The notes below the pieces were generated by a model. It was given only the letters and a program-made list of their open reading frames with translations, was not told the DNA's origin and did no database searches. A stretch of 43,343 nucleotides of DNA. Origin: Candidatus Parcubacteria bacterium. GTDB taxonomy: Bacteria > Patescibacteriota > Minisyncoccia > Phycocordibacterales > CAIJYI01. Position 1 is the stretch's first letter. Each line of letters opens with the position of its first letter. The stretch covers positions 72,174 to 115,516 of the forward strand of contig JAPLYL010000001.1 in NCBI GenBank assembly GCA_026395595.1, given 5' to 3'. Made by a program: the position numbers and the translations under genes. Positions 36,537-43,343 of the stretch are shown here, one piece after another.

Positions 36537-36550
36537 GAAAGAAAATGTGA

Positions 36551-37321
36551 CTATCGTACGGGGATTTCAAAAGGATCTACGCGAGGAAGAACCTCAACTC
36601 TCGCAGGAGAAAAAACGAAAGCGATGGGCCAGGTAAAGACGACTTCAGAAGCGGAATAAGCGGAAATAGAGTCAACAACGGAAGCGCTGGCTGCCATCGC
36701 ATTATCTTCATTATCATAGACGATAGCAACGACATTGATATTTTGAACGCCTATGTTGTTTCTATTCGTGAGAGAAACCGTTACTCTCGGAGTCGGGCCA
36801 GTTTCAGGAATCGGAGCCTTTACGGAAATGTCCGGTTTTTGTCCTTCAATTTTTATCCAATCGGAAAACGAAAGAAATTCAAAAAAAGTTTTTTTTGGGA
36901 TTCGCTCACCCACATCGATGCGCGGTTCAAAAATAGCGAATTGTTCATTTGGCCTAATGTAGGTTTTCCCGACGCGTTCAGTAATAAAAACATCGTTTTG
37001 GTCGTAGAGTTTGAAACGATACGTCGCTTCTCGCACTCCAAGATTGGAATTCGGATTTTCTATATATGCCACGGCATTGTAAGCGCTCTTTCCGCTTTCA
37101 AAAGAACGCGACCACGAAACGATAGGCTTAGTAACCTGCGCCTTACAGACGACGGAACACGGCCCGCCGCAGTCGGGTCCTTCTTCTCCTTGATTTTGAG
37201 TTTTATCGGTACAGGAAGGAGGTTGATAGTATTTAGTCAGATAGACGATTCCTCCGATAAGAGAGAATACGGCTAAAATACCGAATATAAAAAACAATCT
37301 TCTTTTTGTTGACCAAAGCAT
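36551..37321 (-). CDS. Membrane-anchored surface protein with Cys-rich repeat and Ig-like beta domains
   Basis: TM then CTDKTQNQGEEGPDCGGPC; beta-rich remainder. Confidence 0.75.
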   Translation of the reverse strand: MLWSTKRRLFFIFGILAVFSLIGGIVYLTKYYQPPSCTDKTQNQGEEGPDCGGPCSVVCKAQVTKPIVSWSRSFESGKSAYNAVAYIENPNSNLGVREATYRFKLYDQNDVFITERVGKTYIRPNEQFAIFEPRIDVGERIPKKTFFEFLSFSDWIKIEGQKPDISVKAPIPETGPTPRVTVSLTNRNNIGVQNINVVAIVYDNEDNAMAASASVVDSISAYSASEVVFTWPIAFVFSPARVEVLPRVDPFEIPVR

Positions 37322-37399
37322 ACGGACAGTATATCAAAAAAAGAGAGGGGCGAGAATAGGACAAAAAATCCGCCACTCAAAGCGACGGATTTTGATATG

Positions 37400-37846
37400 T
37401 TATTTTTTTCTTTCGCCGTACGGTTTGCCGGTTATTTTTCCGTACATCATTCGCGCAAAATTCTGTTCGGATTCCGAGGAACTTTCTTTAATAATTCGTT
37501 CGTACTGTCCAAGTTTATCACCCCATCTTTCTTGATATTCTTTTTGTTCCGCTTCTCTCTTTGCTTTTTCTTCCCATTCTTTTTTCCTTTTCGCTTCGGC
37601 GATTTCAGCTTCCACTTCCTCTTTTGTTTTTCCGATATTGATATGCTCACGGTAAAAAGCAGCCGCTTCAGAAGGCGAAGTAACTTTTTTTACCGGCTCC
37701 GCTCTGGTCTCAAAATTCACCGGTTCAGTTCTTTCCGAAGACATTCTTTTAAAGAGTTCTTTGTCGTTCGCCCTATTGGCAGCATTTATACCGGCGCCTT
37801 CAAAAATCTTTTTAGGAGCCGGTTTGAATTCGTAAGTTTCTTTCAT
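37400..37846 (-). CDS. Hypothetical charged/coiled-coil protein
   Basis: 148-aa ORF, E/K-rich; hairpin downstream at about 37365-37392. Confidence 0.65.
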   Translation of the reverse strand: MKETYEFKPAPKKIFEGAGINAANRANDKELFKRMSSERTEPVNFETRAEPVKKVTSPSEAAAFYREHINIGKTKEEVEAEIAEAKRKKEWEEKAKREAEQKEYQERWGDKLGQYERIIKESSSESEQNFARMMYGKITGKPYGERKK

Positions 37847-37979
37847 AAAGTTCTCTTTATTTTATACCGTAATCTTACCATGAGCAAACGTTGTTCCGTC
37901 TATGTTGACAAGTGTTTATGTTTCGTGCTATTATAAAACACAGAAAAAACATGTTTTCACCTCACAAAAGGAAAAAATT

Positions 37980-38183
37980 ATGAGCATTTTTACGTTCTTT
38001 TCAAAAAAACCGAAAGTTAAAAAATTCAGATTCACTTACCAACAATTCCCGTTCGGCGAGTGGCTTGAATTTACCGTCTCCGCCCTTGATGAAAAAGCCG
38101 CCAGTCAATCGGCTGTTGAAGTTTTTCAAAAAATGTTTGATGAGAAAAAGACGGTTATGTCCACTTTCTATCTCAAAAAATAA
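37980..38183 (+). CDS. Small hypothetical protein (67 aa)
   Basis: TTGACA promoter near 37905; AAGGA before MSIFTFFSKK. Confidence 0.65.
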   Translation: MSIFTFFSKKPKVKKFRFTYQQFPFGEWLEFTVSALDEKAASQSAVEVFQKMFDEKKTVMSTFYLKK

Positions 38184-38207
38184 GCACAAAAAACAAAGGA
38201 AAAGATT

Positions 38208-38387
38208 ATGTTATTTATAGACTTAAAAGTCGGCGAAAAATTTTTCTTTTTGAACGATCTCTTAGCGCCAGAGGGGGTTCGAATTCGCGAGAAGACAGGA
38301 TTCAGTGAGTATCGTTCCCATGACAATGGAGCATTACACTTTGGCGGATTCGCCAGTTCCGAAGTGGTAGTAAAACTCAAAGGATAA
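38208..38387 (+). CDS. Small hypothetical protein (59 aa)
   Basis: Hand translation MLFIDLKVGEKFFFLNDLLAPEGVRIREKTG...VVVKLKG; AAGGA SD; terminator follows at about 38396-38431. Confidence 0.6.
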   Translation: MLFIDLKVGEKFFFLNDLLAPEGVRIREKTGFSEYRSHDNGALHFGGFASSEVVVKLKG

Positions 38388-38482
38388 AAGAAAGCAAAAG
38401 GGGTATGCGACCAGATGCATACCCTTTTTTTAATTAACGTTTTTGTTTACAAAAAGCCGGCATTTCTGCCGGCTACCTACTT

Positions 38483-38818
38483 TTATGAGATATCGAGATA
38501 TTTTTTTATCTTCTGTTCAAGTTCTTGCACATCTTTCGTCGCCGTATTCCAAATAGCCTCAACATCCAGACTAAAATAATCGTGAGAAACCATATCTCTC
38601 AAACCAGAAATTTCTTTCCATGGGACATCAATTTTTGATCTTATTTCCTCCGGAATTTTTTTGGATAGTTCCCCGATTATCTGTATTTGCATGATAACCG
38701 CGCTTTCCGTCTTACTGTCAATCAAAAAATCATTAAGACTCATTTGTCCCAGATACTCTTGTATTTTTCTGGTCGCGTCCAGTATTAAGTGAAGGTAAGC
38801 GTGATTATCTTTTTCCAT
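38483..38818 (-). CDS. HEPN (DUF86/HepT-like) RNase toxin
   Basis: IIGE..K, VPWKEISGLRDMVSHDYF (R-x4-H motif), IW. Confidence 0.88.
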   Translation of the reverse strand: MEKDNHAYLHLILDATRKIQEYLGQMSLNDFLIDSKTESAVIMQIQIIGELSKKIPEEIRSKIDVPWKEISGLRDMVSHDYFSLDVEAIWNTATKDVQELEQKIKKYLDIS

Positions 38819-39107
38819 AAAGAGGCTGTAAATCTTTAAAGATATATTCCCTGAAATATGGAACAACGGCACCATCGGAAATGATATCTACTTTTTTGTT
38901 GAAAATTTTTGAAAGCTCATCTTTCATACGAACAAAATCTAAAAGAGAAAGGGGTTTGTCGCCTTTTCCGATCAGAATATCCACATCGCTTTCGGTATTT
39001 TCTTCTCCTCGCGCATACGAGCCAAAAAGACCGGCATATCGCACGCCATACTTTTCAAATACCGGGGTCGCTTTTTCTGAAAATTGTTTTATTTTTTCTT
39101 CGCTCAT
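38805..39107 (-). CDS. Minimal nucleotidyltransferase (MNT/MntA-like) antitoxin
   Basis: LFGSYARGE...SDVDIL, KVDII; overlaps the HEPN gene start. Confidence 0.9.
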   Translation of the reverse strand: MSEEKIKQFSEKATPVFEKYGVRYAGLFGSYARGEENTESDVDILIGKGDKPLSLLDFVRMKDELSKIFNKKVDIISDGAVVPYFREYIFKDLQPLYGKR

Positions 39108-39233
39108 AATTTTATTTTATTACAGCCACCAAAAGATGACTGTTGACGCCTATTGGCGATGGTGCTCTCATTATAGCAAAAAACATACAAAAAACAAAAA
39201 AACGAGGCAAGACGGATCTTGCCTCAAAATTTA

Positions 39234-39440
39234 TCAATGGTCATCCTTTTTGCAACAGCAAGAATTTCTCTTGTTTTTCTCTTCCGAAATTCGGCTTATT
39301 CTGCCGAGTCCTATGCCTAAAATAAGAAACACTGCTGAATGTCCCTCAATAACACCGGCAATACCAAGTATTATCATAACAACAAGCGCAATCGGGGTAA
39401 CCCAGAAACTGTAATGTTTAAAGAATTGACTAAATGGCAT
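39234..39440 (-). CDS. Small two-TM protein with CCC/DDH tail
   Basis: AGAGGAG SD before MPFSQFF; TTGACA promoter near 39540. Confidence 0.6.
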   Translation of the reverse strand: MPFSQFFKHYSFWVTPIALVVMIILGIAGVIEGHSAVFLILGIGLGRISRISEEKNKRNSCCCKKDDH

Positions 39441-39591
39441 TTTTCTCTCCTCTATTTCTTGTACAATTTTCCTCAACAAAGTTCGCTTAAAAAATTCGTG
39501 AGTGTCTTCCGAATAAAAACTATCATACATAAGCAAATATGTCAAATAAAAAATACCGCTCTTTCAAGCGGTATTTTCCTTTGAGTTTTTT

Positions 39592-39702
39592 GTTCTGGCG
39601 GCTACCTACTCTTCCCCCGAAGGAGTACCATCGGTACTACGGCGCTTAACTGCTGAGTTCGAAATGAGATCAGGTGTGACCACCGCGTCAAGCCACCAAA
39701 AC
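39592..39702 (-). rRNA. rrf: 5S rRNA
   Basis: TGGTGGC..CACACCTGATCTCATTTCGAACTCAGCAGTTAAGC..GATGGTACT..GAGTAGGTAGCCGCCAG; flanking processing stem. Ends approximate. Confidence 0.93.
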
Positions 39703-40091
39703 AAAAAACTCAAAGAGTTTTTGTATTATAAATGTTACAGAATCGTTTCGCAAGCCTTTTAATCAAAAAATCGTAAAGTAAAAACGTGATTTTCAACTTT
39801 CCTAATAGGAATCGATATATTAGTACTTCTCGGCTCAACGCCTCGCAGCGCTTACACCTAAAGCCTATCACCTAATCATCTCTTAGGGATCTCAAACGAT
39901 TCCTCATCTTGAAGCTGGCTTCGATCTTAGATGCTTTCAGATCTTATCCATTCCCGACATAGTTACTCGGCGGTGCTCCTGGCGGAACAGCCGATACACC
40001 AGAGGTCAGTTCATTCCGGTCCTCTCGTACTAGGAACAAATCTTCTCAAGAATCAACGCCTGCAGTAGATAGGAGACCAACCTGTCTCACG

Positions 40092-40636
40092 CAACAGTAG
40101 CTGTTAGCTTTCAGCTTTTAGCTGTTAGCTTCACAACGCCGTCATTACTAACGGGATCGGACTATATTATAACCTGTTCAAAAATTGAATGAAGGTTGCT
40201 GACGTGTAGTCTCTACGGGCAACGCTTGCGCATTTTCCCTCGGTATTATCCTCGTTATTTTAACCTAACAGCTAACAGCTGAAAGCTAAAACCTCGCTCG
40301 GACTTCACCGATATAAGTCAACTTGATTCAAATATATTTCTATACTTGACCGCCGTGATTTGATTGATTTCTATCTCAGAGTCTTTTTTTAGACTCCTTT
40401 TTCTTTATTTCTTCATTTAGACGAAAATTCCTCGCGGGATTCAAACTGTTCATAAACCGTAGCCTATTACAGATTTGATATCTCTCCGCGTTTTCTATAT
40501 TTTTTGTAACTTATTTTCGTCGTCATTCTGAACTTGATTCAGAATCCACGTCGTTAACGCCGTGGATTGCGGGTCAAGCCCGCAATGACAAGAAGGTATG
40601 AAGTTACTTTCCACTTGTTGGATGTACCGTTTATAA
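40092..40636 (-). mobile_element. Group I intron (IA3-like) at 23S position about 2593, no intact homing endonuclease
   Basis: Interrupts AAACCGT|CGTGAGACAG; ends in G; CTTATATCGGTGAA, AATACCGAG, GTAGAGACTA, ATATAGTCC core; IGS TCACG-GCGGT (40349-40358) can form P10 and P1 with a U.G pair. Confidence 0.88.
40522..40589. repeat. RPE/REP-like palindromic element inside the intron
   Basis: GTCATTCTGAACTTGATTCAGAATCCAC...GTGGATTGCGGGTCAAGCCCGCAATGAC. Confidence 0.65.
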
Positions 40637-41293
40637 ACGGTTTGAACCCAGCTCGCGTATCTTTTTAATTGGCGAACAGCCAAACCCTTGGGACCTTCTC
40701 CAGCCCCAGGATAAGATGAGCCGACATCGAGGTGCCGAACTCCGCCGTCGATATGGACTCTTGGGCGGAACTAGCCTGTTATCCCCAGAGTAGCTTTTAT
40801 CCGTTGAGCTTCCCCCGCATCTAATGCGAAAGGTCGGATCACTTAGCCCCGCTTTCGCGGCTGCTCGGGATGTACCCCTTACAGTGAAGCCAGCTTATGC
40901 CTATACACTATCGGCACGGTTTCCATTCGCGCCTAGCTGACCTTTGGGCTCCTCCGTTACTTTTTAGGAGGATAGCGCCCCACTAAAACTGCCCACCAGA
41001 TACTGTCTCCGAACGTTTTTGCCGTTCAGGTTAGTGTATGCCTCGAAACAGAGTGGTATTTCACTGTTGGATCCATGACAACCAAGATCGTCACTTCAAA
41101 TCCTCCCACCTATGCTACGCAGTCACAAAACATACACAATATCAAGCTACAGTAAAGCTTCTGGGGTCTTTTCGTCTAACTGCAGGTAGCCGGCATCTTC
41201 ACCGGCACTGTATTTTCACCGAGCTACTCCCCGAGACAGTTCCCCAGTCATTACGCCATTCGTGCACGTCGGAATTTACCCGACAAGGAATTG

Positions 41294-41332
<39 letters not shown>

Positions 41333-41480
41333 CAGGGCTTATAACAGCCAGCTTGATATAATCGCACCACCGTTATTTGACCTTCTGGCATTGGTCAGGC
41401 GTCACCCCCTATACATCCTCTTGCGAGTTCGCAGGGAGCTGTGTTTTTGATAAACAGTTGCCAGGGAAACTTTCGCTGCG

Positions 41481-41633
41481 GCCGGCACCTTCATTCAAAT
41501 TTCAAATCTGAAAGAAGCGCTCAGCATAACAAACAAAATTTCTCTTATACCATATAATTTGAACTTTTTGTCTCGTCTCGTTTTTGTCGCTGACACCATT
41601 CTTCAACCTTAAAAGCTGAATGAAGGTGCCGGC
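41481..41633 (-). other. Insertion (IVS-like) in the 23S helix 63 region
   Basis: 17-bp perfect IR GCCGGCACCTTCATTCA/TGAATGAAGGTGCCGGC around a 119-nt AT-rich loop, next to conserved CCGTAACTTCGGGATAAGG. Confidence 0.7.
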
Positions 41634-42271
41634 AAGCCTTATCCCGAAGTTACGGCTGCTTTTTTGCCGAGTTCCTTGGGGAGCAATCACTCGTTCGCCT
41701 TGGTCTTCTCGACCTGACTACCTGTGTCGGTTTACGGTACGGATTCCGTGCATTTATGCTTAGAAGTTTTTCTCGGAAGTCTGCTCTGCCATATTCCTCA
41801 GGGTTTCCCCTAAAGTTTTCGCTCTTCTTGAGTTCTCCACTAAAGGACGTTCCCCGGATTTACCAAAGGAACTCTCTCAAAGTACGAACGCAAATCCAAT
41901 AATGCGCATAACATACAAAACTTCGTCACTCCATCGCAATGCAAGGAAGTCATGGAATATTAACCATGTGTCCATCGGATGCGGCTTTCGCCATCTCCTT
42001 AGGCCCGACTAACCCTTCGCTGATTACCATCGCAAAGGAAACCTTAGTCTTTCGGCGCGCGGGGATCTCACCCGCGTTGCGGTTACTTGTGCCAACATTC
42101 TCACTTCTTGACGCTCCACCATGGGTCACCCCTTTGGCTTCACTGCAGTCAAGAACGTTCTCCTACCACGCCCGCTTTCCGAAGAAAGCGGACATCCTCA
42201 GTTTCGGTACTACGTTTAACCCCGATCATCTTCGGCGCAAGATCTCTTAGTGAGTGAGCTGTTACGCTTTC

Positions 42272-42303
<32 letters not shown>

Positions 42304-43343
42304 TCACTGTCTGAGAAATTTCACCTCCTTAAGCGTACTTAACGTAGATTTAGGGACCTTAAATGGAGGTCCGGGCTGTTTCCCTTTTGACCAATGGAGC
42401 TTAGCCCCCACAGTCTAACTGCCGAGTAATGGCTTTCAGTATTCGGAGTTTGATAGAGTTGACGAGATTGCTCCCTGTTCAACTCTTCCAGTGCTCTACC
42501 CCTGAAAGGTAACCTCGACGCTAACCCAAAAGCTATTTCGGAGAAAACCAGCTATTACCTGAATCGATTAGCTTTTCACTCCTTGCCTCAAGTCATCCGA
42601 TAGTATTGTACGGCTAACCGGTTCGGGCCTTCTTTCGCCTTTCGGCGAAATGCACCCTGCTCAAGGCAAGCTCTTCAGGCTTCGGGTCTAATGTGTAATA
42701 CTAACGCGCTATTAACACTCGCTTTCGCTGCGGCTCCATCCAGTAACGGACTTAACCTAGGCAATACACATTAACTCGTTGGCTCATTCTTCAATAGGCA
42801 CGCCATGACGGGACAGCAAGCTGCCCGCTCTGACTCCTTGTAAGCATATGGTTTCAGGATCTATTTCACTCCCCTCACCGGGGTTCTTTTCACCTTTCCC
42901 TTACGGTACTTGTTCACTATCGGTCATCAAGGAATATTTAGGCTTGGCAGATGGTCCTGCCTGATTCACACCAGATGTTTGTGTCCTGTGCTACTCGGGA
43001 TCCTGCTCGCGTACGCTCCGCTTTCGACTACCGGGCTTTCACCGTCTCTGGCTGTACCTTCCAGTACTTTCATCTAGCTTCACGTATCACTTTATACAGT
43101 CCCACAACCCCGACAGAAATTGCTTCCTGCGGTTTGGCCTCTTTCGCTTTCGCTCGCCGCTACTTACAAAATCACTTTCTTGTTTTCTTTTCCTGAGGGT
43201 ACTAAGATGTTTCAATTCCCCTCGTTCGCCTCGCTAAAGATATTTATTCTCTCTAGGATACACCTTGCGGTGTGGGTTGCCCCATTCGGATATCACCGGA
43301 TCAAAGCCCTCTTGGCGGCTCCCCGATGCTTTTCGCAGCCTGA

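Noticed and set aside
29650-39440. Prophage or genomic island
   Set aside because: Orphan ORFs are scattered singly among housekeeping genes; no integrase, terminase or structural genes.
1-39545. Genetic code 25 (TGA=Gly) as in Gracilibacteria/Absconditabacteria
   Set aside because: Long conserved genes are intact under code 11, and TGA terminates ORFs at 2114 and 14774.

Overview
Bacterial chromosomal segment (~41-43% GC by eye, genetic code 11). Gene content and style (short IF-2, DUF4446, rRNA insertions, near-leaderless core genes) suggest Patescibacteria/Parcubacteria (CPR); this assignment is an inference. Core genes are clpB (partial), SOD, IscS-type desulfurase, infB, rbfA, folD, purN, ftsB-like, lepA, murJ, secF/secD, glyA, queA, tgt, menA-like, polysaccharide enzymes and rodA. 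They are interleaved with single-gene accessory cassettes, a HEPN/MNT toxin-antitoxin pair, six tRNA loci, 5S rRNA and a partial 23S rRNA carrying a group I intron at L2593 and a helix-63 insertion. The most unusual signals are non-coding: (1) a complete tRNA-Arg(CCT) nested inside the anticodon arm of a second, CCA-ending tRNA scaffold; (2) an antisense plus direct copy of the tRNA-Pro 3' half just downstream of that tRNA; (3) a stand-alone GGA-rich sRNA with a CsrA-consensus hairpin; (4) AGG-N5-CCT palindromes inserted in-frame in queA and lepA; (5) a split between near-leaderless core genes and Shine-Dalgarno-led accessory cassettes. All calls are from reading the sequence by eye; no searches were run.
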